Notes: generated by a model from the sequence alone, not told the origin. A DNA stretch of 64,000 bases from Macrostomum lignano (GCA_002269645.1 NIVC01002829.1:1-64000); one strand, 5' to 3'. Shown: positions 47,273-64,000, counted from the first letter of the stretch. Translations and numbers: made by a program.

Positions 47273-50200
47273 CTACCTGCTGGCCCACCCGGAAATCACA
47301 GTAAGCAGCAGACAGCAGGTCAGCGCTGGCGCCCCCATCCGCCCGACGCCACCAGTCGCCGCGGGAGTCGGCGGCAGGCGCGGGTTCCAGGGCCAGCTGC
47401 ACACGAGCGAGATCTGCAGGCTGCTGGTGAACTTGGCGACTTCGCCATGGGCGCGGCACAGCTCCACTGGCGCCGGCGCGTCCAGCCACTGCAGCTGCGG
47501 CGCCGCGGCCAGCGCCAACTGCGCCAAGCCGGACGGGACGGCGGCGGCCGCCTCGGCTGCCAGGGAGACGCAGCCGGACAGGGAGAGGCGGCGCAGGCGC
47601 GGGAAGGCGGCTAGCAGGCGGGCCAGCTCGGGCAGCCGCAGCTCCGCCCGAGTGTCGCAGGGCCGCCTCGCCAGCCGCAGCGCCAGCGACTTGGTCGAGT
47701 TCACCGGCTGGCGCGGCAAGAAGCGCAGCAGCGAGTCGCCCGGGGCCTCCCAGCGCGGCATGAGCAGCTCGATCTGCAGCTCCGGCTGCATCGCGTCGAA
47801 CGCGTCCGCCTCCCCGCCGGAGCTTCCTGCCTCCGCCCCGCCGTCCCTCGTCAGCTCCGCCAGCTGGTCGGCCCCAAAACTTTTGCCACCGTCATTCGCC
47901 AGCAGATCGACGCCGTCCAGGATGACGTGGCACAGCTTGCCGGACAGGCGGGCGAAGGCGCCGGGCTCCAGCAGCATGTGGCCGCCCTGGTGGGTGATGA
48001 CGCGGAGCACCAGGGAGCGCAGGGAGGGCAGGTCGGCCAACGAGCCGTTTCTCAGGCGCAGCGTCCGCCAAGGACTGCCGACAAGGACCACCAGGGAGCG
48101 CAGAGCCGGCAGGCTGGCCACTGAGCCGGTCGGGATCGTCCAGGTCGGGCGGTCGCGCCGCATTAGCGCCAATTCCAGATGGCGCAGGCGGTTGGCACCG
48201 GCCAGGTCGCGCGGCCCGGGCGGCATCGGCAGCAGCAGACGCTCCAGGCCGCGCAGCACCGGCTTGAGTGCGAGGGCGTGCAGCCCCTTCAGGCGCATGC
48301 AGTTGAACCGCAGATCCAAGGAGCGCAGGCTGGCGAGGCCGGCAAAGGCGTTCGGGTCGAGCCGGGTGATCGGGTGGTGGCGCAGCGCCAGGCGCTCCAG
48401 CCCGGCTGCGCCGTCCAGCGCGCCGGCCTCGATGGCGGAGAGGCCGTGCGGGCAGCCGAACTGGCGACTGCCCAGCAGCAGGAGGCTGCGCAGGCCCCGC
48501 GCCTGGCGCAGGAAGCCGCCAGCGGTCAGTCGATATTTCCTCGGTGCCGACGCCAGCTCATCTGAATCGGTGGAGTTGCCGCTGCCGCTGCTGTCAGTTT
48601 CGTCGCCTTCCTCGCTGCCACTGTCGCCGGCGCCGCCGTCACCGCTAAACCGCAGGTCGAGATGCCGCGTCGCGGACGGCAGCGGCGGCTCCTGCAGGTC
48701 AAAGCCGGGGCCGGCCACGCAGGACAGGCTGCTGGCGTCCTGGAAGATGCCGCAGCTGCTGCCGTCGCCGAGACCGTTGATATGGCGGGCGAATTTAACA
48801 ACTTGCAGCCGGGCGCAGGCCTCGGCCGCCTCAGTCTCGTTCGCGATTGAGCCGAGCTCGTCCAGATTGGCGCAGGTCACCCTCACGGACGTCGCAGCGG
48901 CCGATTCCCCGGTCCCATCGGAGCAAACGCAGAGCTGCGCCCACAGCGACAGAACCGGCGGCGCTGATGCGGTATCTTCGGCACCTTCATCGGCTGCAGC
49001 CGCCGCCAGCACCGAGCGAATGTCCAGCCGCTCCTCCGGCTGCTCGTCCGGGCCGCTGCAGACGCCGCCCTCGAAGCCGTCAGTATCGTCATCTTGCAGC
49101 GGCTGGCGCCCCCAGCTGGGCGGCGGCTCAACCACCAGCGACTTCAGGCGCCGGCCGGGCCGCCGCGCCATCAGCAGCTGCAGGTTGCGCCAGGGCGGCC
49201 GGCAGATGGACAGCCGCACCTCCGTGGCGTTCTCGGCGAACGCGACGTCGGGCGGCAGCAGCAGCTGGAAGCGACCGGAGGCCATCAGCTGCACCCGCTG
49301 GCTGGGGCAGCCGGCCGACGGCAGACAGCGCAGCAGCTGCGCGTTGGTGCCGGTGAGGTTGAGGCGGAGGCTGCCGCCCGCCTTGCTCAGGGCCCCCTGG
49401 ACGCCCGTCGTCAGCCGGATGTCGCTCAGCGCCGACGAGTTGGCCGCGAAGGCTCCCGGAGCGAATAGGGAGCAGTGGCCGTCAGCTGCGGGCAGGCGGC
49501 GGGAGGTGGGTGTTGATCAACTGCAGCTGTGCTCTCTGAGAGCTCTGCTTATCCCATGTTTATTTTGCAAGGTAAGCAAGCCAGCACGCTTAGTTCTGAT
49601 CCCCACCCCAATCCCCACCCCAATCCCCACCCCAATCCCCACCCCAATCCCCACCCCAATCCCCACCCCAATCCCCACCCCAATCCCACCCCGATCCCCA
49701 CCCTAAGCCCACCCTAATCCCCACCCCAATCCCCACCCCAATCCCACCCCAATTCCCACCCCAATCCCACCCCAATCCCACCCCAATCCCCACCCCAATC
49801 CCACCCCAATCCCCACCCCAATCCCACCCCAATCCCCACCCCAATCCCCACCCGATCCTCTCTTACCGCCCGCTCCGGTCACCAGGATCTTCAGGTGAAT
49901 CCTTCGCAGCTCCGGCAAGTCGGAGAAGGCGCCGGCGCCAAGCGCAAAGCCTCTCGCACAGGGCGCCGCCAGGATGAGCCGCACGCTGGCAAGCCTCGGG
50001 AGGCCGGTGAACCGCAGCCGCTCCTCGAGGTCTCCCTGGCCGCCCCGCTGGTTGAGCTCGGCGAGCTCGGCGAGCTCCACCGCCAGCGTCAGGTTGGCCA
50101 GCCGGGGCGCCGAGCCAGCGATGCTGAGGCTGGCGGCCGGGCAGGCGGCCGACACGCGGAGCCGCAGCGCCTCCAAGCCGGGCAGCTGCGCCCTCACGAA

Positions 50201-50713
50201 GGCCGCCAAGCCGGCGCAGTTCCCGTCCCCAGGCTTGTCAACAACGTGCAGGTCGAGACTTCGGAGCGTCGGAGGCCGGCCGCAGCAGGCGCCGGAGAGG
50301 CCGGAGGTGACAGCTGAGAGGCTCAAGGCCTCCAGCGTGCTGTCTGCCAGGCTGCAGGGGCCCAGCGTCAAGCCTCTGGCGCTGTGCAGCACCAGGCGGC
50401 GCAGCCGCGGCTCGGCATTCGACAGACGCCGCAGGTCGCCGGACTCGAGCCGGGCCGCCGCTTCCGCCTCCACTCGCAGGTGCAGGCTGGCGATGTCGGC
50501 GGCCCGGTCGGACCCGAGGCTGCGCGCGATCGCTCCAAGGTCGCGGAAGGCTGACGTCAAGTTGATGACGGTCGCCCGGCAGCTGAGGTCGCCGATGTCG
50601 CCGCTGACGACGCAGACAAGGCCGGGCCTGCGGAGCACCTGGCGCTGCTGCGCCCTCACCGGCGTCAGCAGCTGTAGCAGCGACACCGCAACAATCAGGA
50701 GCGTCTTCGACAT
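47273..50713 (-). CDS. Secreted/cell-surface leucine-rich repeat protein, 2 exons (50713-49867, 49485-47273), ~1019 aa, signal peptide plus GPI-like hydrophobic C-terminus
   Basis: The two long minus-strand ORFs join in phase 1 (GGC G|GTAAGA ... CCCGCAG|CT GAC); 3060 nt. N-terminus MSKTLLIVAVSLLQLLTPVRA-QQ is signal-like. LRR motifs include LERLALRHHPITRLDPNAFAGLASLRSLDLRFN and GAFSDLPELRRIHL. C-terminus PALTCCLLLTVISGWASR*. Confidence 0.75.
49598..49856. repeat. 12-13-bp C-rich repeat (CCCCAATCCCCAC) in the LRR gene intron
   Basis: Tandem copies; G-tract-rich on the sense (-) strand. Confidence 0.92.
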
Positions 50714-51329
50714 GCCGGATGCTGACCGAATTGCAACGGGCATCCGGGATGAAGAGCAGAGAGTGGCAGCAGCGGGCGGCACCGAGGCCAGATAAAGTCC
50801 CCTCCGGCCGCAACCTCCCGCCGCATTTCGGCCAGTCAAATCTCTCGCACCGATTTTCCGCTGGGTCCGGTTTCTCGCTGCGTCCTACTGACTAGCTGAG
50901 TGTCAGTAGTATGTCTAGCGGATGCTTTCGCTTAGTCAGAAATCTGAGAATGTCTTGGCTTTGGCGCAGTCTTAAGTGATGCAGGGCCCCAGCTGCCGTC
51001 TAAGAAGATAAGGAGGCAGAAGAGGCCGGGCGAGCCAATTAATCACCGAGGGGATGGGGGGGTTCGAGTGCCGGCCGGATTTGCTCAGCTCGCATCAACA
51101 GGCAGCTGCGGCCGCCGCCAGGAATGTTGAGCAGCTCTTAAGTAGTCAGCTGCAGGCGCTCCTTGAGCCTCTTTTCTGCCGATCTCAGTTAGAAACTGCT
51201 GAGCAGATGGCTCAGCTGGGATCCCGAAGGCGGGCCTGCGATGATGAGGGGCCCGCGTGATTGCTTGCTCGTAATTGCACTGCTCTGCAGGGGGTGAGCT
51301 TGAGCTGAGCGGCTCAGCTGGCTTGAAAG

Positions 51330-52140
51330 ACTTATTGGTCAGATCCAGTCTGTATTGGTCAGATCCAGTCTGTATTGGTCAGATCCAGTCTGTATTGGTC
51401 AGATCCAGTCTGAATTGGTCAGATCCAGTCTGTATTGGTCAGATCCAGTCTGAATTGGTCAGATCCAGTCTGTATTGGTCAGATCCAGTCTGTATTGGTC
51501 AGATCCAGTCTGAATTGGTCAGATCCAGTCTGTATTGGTCAGATCCAGTCTGTATTGGTCAGATCCAGTCTGTATTGGTCAGATCCAGTCTGTATTGGTC
51601 AGATCCAGTCTGTATTGGTCAGATCCAGTCTGAATTGGTCAGATCCAGTCTGTATTGGTCAGATCCAGTCTGTATTGGTTAGATCCAGTCTGTATTGGTC
51701 AGATCCAGTATGTATTGGTCAGATCCAGTCTGTATTGGTCAGATCCAGTCTGTATTGGTCAGATCCAGTCTGTATTGGTCAGATCCAGTCTGTATTGGTC
51801 AGATCTAGTCTGTATTGGTCAGATCCAGTCTGTATTGGTCAGATCCAGTCTGTATTGGTCAGATCCAGTCTGAATTGGTCAGATCCAGTCTGTATTGGTC
51901 AGATCCAGTCTGTATTGGTTAGATCCAGTCTGAATTGGTCAGATCCAGTATGTATTGGTCAGATCCAGTCTGAATTGGTCAGATCCAGTCTGTATTGGTC
52001 AGATCCAGTCTGTATTGGTCAGATCCAGTCTGTATTGGTCAGATCTAGTCTGTATTGGTCAGATCCAGTCTGTATTGGTCAGATCCAGTCTGTATTGGTC
52101 AGATCTAGTCTGTATTGGTTAGATCTAGTCTGTATTGGTC
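51330..52140. repeat. 20-bp minisatellite (TGGTCAGATCCAGTCTGTAT)
   Basis: About 40 near-perfect copies. Confidence 0.96.
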
Positions 52141-52799
52141 ACAAACTGAGTTGCGGACGCAGTTGATTGGATGCAGCAGAATGCGTGACGGGTGTTCAGT
52201 TCACAAAGGTTTTACCGGCGGTTGCAATTTTTGCCTTTAATTTTTATTTATTTTTTTCGGCGGCCCGTCATTTCGCGGTGGGTCACTGAGTTCGAACATT
52301 TTTCTGTGCTCTTCGAAGCAACAGCAAGCAGTTTGGGTGCTGAATAAGTAATAAAAACTCTTCAACATTGCGCTGAGGGCGGCAGAGAAGCAGAATGTGC
52401 TAGCAAGGAGGAACAGCAAGGAGCGACAGCAAAAGCAGACGATAAAAAGCGGGAAATTTCTGCTACGAAGAGAGGAAAAAACTTCTAGAAAGAAGCGTTC
52501 GCCGCCTGTACACAGTATCACAAATATCTGCGCTGAGGTGGGCGTCGGGCCTCGGGCGGCTGACACGCACTTTTAAACACACAATTAATCATCATCAATT
52601 AGAATAAGTGAAAAGTACACGCGATAAGAGCATAAAAATAGCTGATTATAAAGTACGCGTGCGATGGCTGTCTTTGATTTCAGCGGCGCTTTAAAAAATT
52701 TCCGGAATTTTCAAAACTTATGGAACGCCGTTCGAAAAAAATATATGTCAAGCAAAATCTATACGGTCAGTGTTGTGTTTTCCAGGAAATCTTTCTAAT

Positions 52800-52975
52800 T
52801 CAAATTCGCGCCAGTTCGATAGAATTTTTAATCGGCACTCTCTGGATCTGCATATGGTATCTGTACTGTTATCTATATATATTATAATGTTACAGAATAA
52901 ATTATTTACTACAGATCGCTAGTTTAATTGAATTTTTAAAAATGTACGATTTCCGGAACTCTGGCGCGAATTTGA
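52800..52975. repeat. 15-bp perfect inverted repeat pair, possible MITE remnant
   Basis: TCAAATTCGCGCCAG (52800-52814) and CTGGCGCGAATTTGA (52961-52975); no clear TSD. Confidence 0.45.
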
Positions 52976-53574
52976 CTTTTAACAAAATCCTCTGGCATGA
53001 AGTGCGTTAACTAAAATCGACTATCTAGGGTTACAACATGGGGACTTGATTCACGGCTGACTGGTTCAGCTTGGGGATTCGGGCTGCTTCAAATAGCCTT
53101 TGCGAGCCTGAAAGTTTTGTAGCTTTTAGCTCTTAGATTCGTTTCATTTGCAGGTGGGCGCAGAGTTAGAAAGCAATAGACGGAGAGAATCTCGCGTTTA
53201 GACGGGGCCGAATCTAATAAAAAAAACAAACCGGGGGTCACGTGACCGACACATGCCTTGCGTGCAGGTTTGGAACTGCGAAGCGCAGGACGGGGAGGTG
53301 TTAAAACAGACCAAATATACGGATTTGCAATCACTGTGACGGACACGAAGCAACAGTAGCATGTTTCAGTAGTATAGAGCACTGGGCTAAAGTTGAAAAT
53401 ATATGTTAGCGATAATTGTCATCCTAATACATTGTTATTTTTAACTGTTAAAATAAGTAAAATCTGCGCATTGGTTCTACTAACAGTAGTCTGCTAACTT
53501 CTGCAACAGTTGAATAAAATAATGGGTTATGTAATTGTTATAATAAACGAATGCTCAGTTTAACAGTCAATCTG

Positions 53575-53675
53575 ATCGGTCACTCCAGCAGTCGGTCACT
53601 CCAGCAGTCGGTCACTCCAGCAGCCGGTCACTCCAGCAGCCGGTCACTCCAGCAGTCGGTCACTCCAGCGGTCGG

Positions 53676-53690
<15 letters not shown>
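53575..53690. repeat. 16-bp repeat (7 copies) containing the SYT4 stop codon
   Basis: CACTCC registers at 53581, 53597, 53613, 53629, 53645, 53661, 53677. Confidence 0.92.
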
Positions 53691-58235
<4,545 letters not shown>

Positions 58236-59184
58236 TCAGCTGCTAAAGTCGCTCTCTGCTCTGAGCAGCTGTCAATCTGAACCTGTCTGTAGCAGTAAGT
58301 CTCCGTCTTCGTCCTTAAAAGCCAATTCGATCGCTAGGGTGCTCAGCTCCAGTTGCTAGTCGACGACTTGAACTCGGGATGATGGAGCCGGAGGAGGGCA
58401 AGATGCACTGCGCTTATATTTATGGCGACGCTACCGAACTCTCGCGGGTGATCGATGTCTCACAGTGTGTGCAGCAGGGGGGGGGGGGGGGGAGGCGGCC
58501 TCCTCAGCGCGCCATGACTGATTGGATGGTGCGAAGGATTGGGCGGCGGGGCAGGCGCTGCACTTGGCGAGTGCCGAGCGATCGATTTTTTGAGCCTCGG
58601 AGGCCGGAGGAGCACCGAGGAACGCGGCGGGGGGGATGGCCAAGGCGAGACCGGCTCCTCCCGGTAAGAAGAGATGAAGAAGGCGAAACAGAAAGAGAGA
58701 GGCTGGAAGAGATAGATGGAGGAGCTTGGAGTGGCTGCGAGATTGAAGAGGGAGATGTAAAGAGTGAGCTGGCTAAAAATAGCTGCAGCAGGGCGGGGGG
58801 CAGTGAGAGCTCTCAGGGCTCAGGCCAGCAGGGAAGAGGGGAGCCCAGCCAAGCATGGCATCTCTGTCTCTCCTGAGCTTGGAGACGGGGAGCAGCAGGG
58901 TAGGGACTCAGCCCCCCCTCACTCATTTTTGCGTGTTTTTCTGGTGTCCCCAACGCAGCAGTGGGCCGGCTGCTCACCGGAGCAGCTTGATGGAGGCCAG
59001 CGGGGTGGAAAAAAGAGGAGCCCAAGTCCAACTGCTGAGGCCTGAACGGAAGAATTGGGGGCAGAGAGGCAGGCTGCGGCGCCCGTTCTCCATCGCCTTG
59101 ATGTCCGAGATAGGCAGCTGGGAGAGCCGCCGCCCTGCGGCAAACGATGGGGAAAGAGTGTTAATGAAATTACTGCTGTCTCTG

Positions 59185-59686
59185 CTCACTCACTCACTCA
59201 CTCACTCACTCACTCACTCACTCACTCACTCACTCACTCACTCACTCACTCACTCACTCACTCACTCACTCACTCACTCACTCACTCACTCACTCACTCA
59301 CTCACTCACTCACTCACTCACTCACTCACTCACTCACTCACTCACTCACTCACTCACTCACTCACTCACTCACTCACTCACTCACTCACTCACTCACTCA
59401 CTCACTCACTCACTCACTCACTCACTCACTCACTCACTCACTCACTCACTCACTCACTCACTCACTCACTCACTCACTCACTCACTCACTCACTCACTCA
59501 CTCACTCACTCACTCACTCACTCACTCACTCACTCACTCACTCACTCACTCACTCACTCACTCACTCACTCACTCACTCACTCACTCACTCACTCACTCA
59601 CTCACTCACTCACTCACTCACTCACTCACTCACTCACTCACTCACTCACTCACTCACTCACTCACTCACTCACTCACTCACTCACT
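59185..59686. repeat. Perfect (CTCA)n microsatellite, ~125 units
   Basis: Uninterrupted run. Confidence 0.97.
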
Positions 59687-60254
59687 TGTTCGACATAAAT
59701 CAAGTACCAAGTGGTGTAGAACAAGGTCAAACGGTCCCACACACCCAGAATCCCTTCAGCTCACAAATACCTCATCATTTGCAGGCCATCTATTACTCAT
59801 AGCTTGCGTCGGCAGTTGCCAGAGCCCACTGAAGTGAGCTGGGTGCTGGGATGTTCCACACGGCTCCCATGGCTGCAGAAAGCTTTATTGACATTGGAAC
59901 AGGTTTGTTAATGCATTTTTTTCTGACCCAAGCCCTTGGCTTTAATCTCTCTCCCAACAGTTAATCCACTGGGAGCTCTCTGAGCTGTGCTGAATTCACA
60001 ATATTGAGCGTCACCGCGTCAGTTCGCTCCATTTCTACCTGACGTGCGCAACGAAACAAGATAAAAATTGCAGCAATTTTCTCTGCCGAAATCGAATATA
60101 ATTGGCCAATTACAGTTCGCTACCTCAATTTCAAAGCCGAATGCAGGTGGGCAGAGAGGCTCTGGCATCGCAGTCAGGCAATTTGGGAGAATTGGCTCTC
60201 GATCTGCGGGGCAATTTTTGCATTTAGGCTCACCGACATCCCACGTCAACACAT

Positions 60255-60470
60255 CAGGACTCCCTCACTCAGGACTCAGTCGCCCAGGACTCATTCAGTC
60301 AGGACCCACTCACTCAGGACTCAGTCAACCAGCACTCAGTCACTCAGGAGTCAGTTACCCAAGACTCAGTCACTCAGGACTCAGTCACTCAGGAGTCACT
60401 CACCCAGGACTCACTCACTCAGGACTCAGTCACTCAGGACTCAGTCACCCAGGACTCACTCACCCAGGAG
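60255..60470. repeat. 15-bp degenerate repeat (CACTCAGGACTCAGT)
   Basis: Tandem copies. Confidence 0.85.
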
Positions 60471-61542
60471 TTGCCCTCAGTAGACTCAAAAAGGCAGTTG
60501 AGCTCATGTGAAACAGGATCTTCAATAAGCAGTTTTTTCTTATCCAACTCGCATATTCCAGCAATACTACTTTCCAGAAAATAAGTAATAAACTTGAATC
60601 CTGGCGTGATGCAAAATCGTACTTTACAATAACTGTGAACAACACTAGGAAGCCGCTTATCGCACGGGAAGCACTGGGTAGCAACAGAGATCCGCTCTTG
60701 TCCCCGTCTGCTCCCCCGCCGCTCTGCTCAGGGCTTGCCGATGGGATTCTAATTAGGGAAATTGCACCTGTGTCGCCTGCCGAGGCCTCGCCTTAATTAT
60801 CCCAACCTCTTGCCCGGCCTGGGCGGCGGCTCACAGCAAGATGAAGCCTTTCAGCCTCCGGGATGAAGAAAATTACAGCTAGTAGGGGAGCGGCCGCCCC
60901 ATCTCAGTCTTTTTTCACTCTCTACGTCTTTTGTTTGAAAGGAACTCCCGTTCTTTTCTAACAACCTCTGCTTCGCGCGGGTCATTGCGACTGTTTTAAA
61001 CGGATTAAAACCCCCCCCGCAATTGCAGTGGGGATCAATGCAGCCGTCTGCTCCCCCCCCCCCACCAGCGCCGCGGATTCCCGCTGGATTCTGGAAGATC
61101 ATCCCCGGTCCTGATGGCACTCGCACACGCGCAAAGAGTGTCAAGCGGTCCTAAGAATCGCATCTCAGAAGCTGCCCAGCTGCCGAGCCCCTCCCCAGCC
61201 AATCAGAGGCCCTCAAGCTCGAGCAGCCGCAGCCGCAGCCGCTGCAGAGGCGAAAAAGCGCAGGACGGAGGTCTCCAGTTCCCACCTTGCTGCCCCCCCC
61301 CTGCCGCTCACTCGGCAGAAAAAGCTTGACGGAGGGGGGTGGGCCGGGCCGATAGCCGGGCAGGATTTGAAGCCCCCTCAGAGAGAAGGAAATCGCGCAG
61401 CTCTCAGCCACTACTTGGCCGCTTTGTCTTCGCTGACCACCCCGCCGCCCCGCCAGGCAAGCTAAATTGCACCTGTTGCTGCCGGCCCTCGCGCTGTCTA
61501 AGGAATTGCCCGCATTGTCGCCAGCTCGCAGCCACAGCCAGC

Positions 61543-61838
61543 ATGCAGTCTTGGGACTTCTGCGTGAAGCCGCGCCTGACCACGCTCACGAACACCCACA
61601 AGGTGGTCCGCGCCCGCCAGTCCACCTTCACGCCCAGCTGCCTGCAGAGGCTGAAGGCCTACCACGAGAGCTCCGCGGCGCACGTTGAGGCCAACGAATT
61701 CCTGCTGCTGCCCAGCGAGATTCTCCTGCCAGACTTTGTCTGCGAGGTCCGGCGCGGACCGCTGGGTGAGCAGCGGCGCGGCGCCCTCCTGGTGCTGGCC
61801 GACGGACTCCTGCTGATAGCGCAGGCCGAGTCAGTCGC

Positions 61839-61874
<36 letters not shown>

Positions 61875-62409
61875 AGTCAACTGCGTTTCACCTGCGGGAG
61901 CTTCGTCGCCCGCTAGCGGCAGCGGCTCAGACGTGCTGGAGAGGTGGGCCACCCGCGGCGTCAGCCGCTCCGAGTGGCAGGCGGCCGCCCCCGGCCTCAC
62001 GCCGCAGCTCACCCTCTGCCTGCACCGCTTCACCCTCGAGCTCATCAGCGGCTTCTCCATCCTGCTGGCCGCGCCCGGCCTCACTCTGGAGCTCACTCCC
62101 ATCACCTACAACTCGCAGAGCCTGTTCGAGCTGCTGTGCGCTCACCGGGATCTGGACATCTGCGACCTGTTCATCAGCCTGCGGGGAGACGCCAAGCCCA
62201 CCTACCTGGGCCTGGAATCACCGCGTCATGTCTCGCAGGCCTCCCTGCTGTCCCAGGTGCCGTTGTCGTCTAGCCCCTGCTCGACTAAATTCTTCAAGAA
62301 GAAATTTGACTCGCTCTGGGGCTACTTCAGCATCCGAGCCCCCATCAATGAGAACTCCAAGATGTTCTACGGGGCTATCGCCAACCCCGATCTGGAGGGC
62401 AACTTGCAG
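61543..62409 (+). CDS. First visible coding exon of an unidentified protein (possible PH-like domain); gene continues beyond the window
   Basis: GC-rich open frame of 289 codons ending at a phase-0 donor CAG|GTAAAA, followed by a 22-bp intronic minisatellite. EILLPDFVCEVRRG..RRGALLVLADGLLLIAQ resembles PH beta1-beta3. Start codon uncertain: several acceptors lie just upstream. Confidence 0.65.
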
Positions 62410-62424
62410 GTAAAACAGGACCTA

Positions 62425-64000
62425 CCCACACCCTGATCTACTCTGTCCCTCACCCTGATCTAGTCTGTCCCACACCCTGATCTAGTCTGTCCCACACCCT
62501 GATCTAGTCTGTCCCACACCCTTATCTACTCTGTCCCTCATCCTGATCTAGTCTGTCCCACACCCTGATCTAGTCTGTCCTACACCCTGATCTAGTCTGT
62601 CCCACACCCTGATCTAGTCTGTCCCACACCCTGATCTAGTCTGTCCCACACCCTAATCTAGTCTGTCCCACACCCTGATCTAGTCTGTCCCACACCCTGA
62701 TCTAGTCTGTCCCACACCCTAATCTAGTCTGTCCCACACCCTGATCTAGTCTGTCCTACACCCTGATCTAGTCTGTCCCACACCCTGATCTAGTCTGTCC
62801 CACACCCTGATCTAGTCTGTCCCACACCCTGATCTAGTCTGTCCTACACCCTGATCTAGTCTGTCCCACACCCTAATCTAGTCTGTCCCACACCCTGATC
62901 TACTCGTAGTCTGTCCCACACCCTGATCTAGTCTGTCCCACACCCTGATCTAGTCTGTCCCACACCCTAATCTAGTCTGTCCCACACCCTGATCTACTCG
63001 TAGTCTGTCCCACACCCTGATCTAGTCTGTCCCACACCCTGATCTACTCGTAGTCTGTCCTACACCCTGATCTAGTCTGTCCCACACCCTGATCTACTCG
63101 TAGTCTGTCCTACACCCTGATCTAGTCTGTCCTACACCCTGATCTAGTCTGTCCCACACCCTGATCTAGTCTGTCCCACACCCTGATCTAGTCTGTCCCA
63201 CACCCTGATCTAGTCTGTCCCACACCCTGATCTACTCGTAGTCTGTCCTACACCCTGATCTAGTCTGTCCCACACCCTGATCTATTCTGTCCCACACCCT
63301 GATCTAGTCTGTCCCACACCCTGATCTAGTCTGTCCCACACCCTGATCTAGTCTGTCCCTCACCCTGATTTAGTCTGTCCCACACTCTGATCTAGTCTGT
63401 CCTACACCCTGATCTAGTCTGTCCTACACCCTGATCTACTCTGTCCCTCACCCTGATCTAGTCTGTCCCACATCCTGATCTAGTCTGTCCTACACCCTGA
63501 TCTAGTCTGTCCCTCACCCTGATCTAGTCTGTCCTACACCCTGATCTAGTCTGTCCTACACCCTGATCTAGTCTGTCCCACACCCTGATCTAGTCTGTCC
63601 TACACCCTGATCAAGTCTGTCCCACACCCTGATCTACTCTGTCCCACACCCTGATCTAGTCTGTCCCACACTCTGATCTAGTCTGTCCTACACCCTGATC
63701 TACTCTGTCCCTCACCCTGACCTAGTCTGTCCCACATCCTGATCTAGTCTGTCCTACACCCTGATCTACTCTGTCCCTCACCCTGATCTAGTCTGTCCTA
63801 CACCCTGATCTAGTCTGTCCTACACCCTGATCTAGTCTGTCCCACACCCTGATCTAGTCTGTCCCACACCCTGATCTTGTCTGTCCCACATCCTGATCTA
63901 GTCTGTCCTACACCCTGATCTACTCTGTCCCTCACCCTGATCTAGTCTGTCCTACACCCTGATCTAGTCTGTCCTACACCCTGATCTAGTCTGTCCCACA
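62425..64000. repeat. 22-bp minisatellite (CCACACCCTGATCTAGTCTGTC), intron of the last gene, runs off the window
   Basis: Period 22, with occasional 7-bp insertion variants. Confidence 0.96.

Noticed and set aside
47265-49706. 813-aa + strand ORF and other antisense ORFs over the LRR, Kelch, AFG3L2 and SYT4 exons
   Set aside because: Shadow ORFs from GC-rich coding sequence on the opposite strand or frame; Arg/Ser/Ala-rich with no domain.
51054-51260. 68-aa GC-rich ORF near the LRR gene 5' end
   Set aside because: No recognisable domain or supporting exon structure; likely promoter-region GC content.
53236-53247. Perfect palindrome GGTCACGTGACC (CLEAR/E-box-like)
   Set aside because: A single 12-bp motif downstream of SYT4 and far from a known start; cannot be distinguished from chance or a TE fragment.
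58855-59837. THSL-repeat ORFs
   Set aside because: Translation of (CTCA)n.

Overview
Eukaryotic (metazoan) genomic window with spliceosomal genes: GC-rich exons, AT-rich flanks, and a different tandem mini/microsatellite in almost every intron and intergenic gap. This architecture suggests a flatworm such as Macrostomum (inference, not checked). Splicing the ORF fragments by hand at GT..AG sites with consistent phase gives eight genes. Five are closely spaced on the + strand: an ALKBH3-like dioxygenase, Flightless-I, a Kelch-only propeller protein, NDUFS6 and AFG3L2. Two are on the - strand: a ~1019-aa secreted LRR protein with a GPI-like tail, and Synaptotagmin-4/11. The eighth is the first coding exon of an unidentified PH-like protein at the right end. 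The most notable observation is that the ALKBH3 gene appears to continue through two extra exons encoding a second, full-length AlkB-fold domain that has lost all metal/2-oxoglutarate ligands (active enzyme plus pseudo-enzyme in tandem). Other leads: an operon/trans-splicing-like layout of the five + strand genes, and several satellites that seem to have grown out of splice donors, a branch point, a stop codon or poly(A) signals. Most long ORFs in the supplied track are translations of tandem repeats and were rejected.
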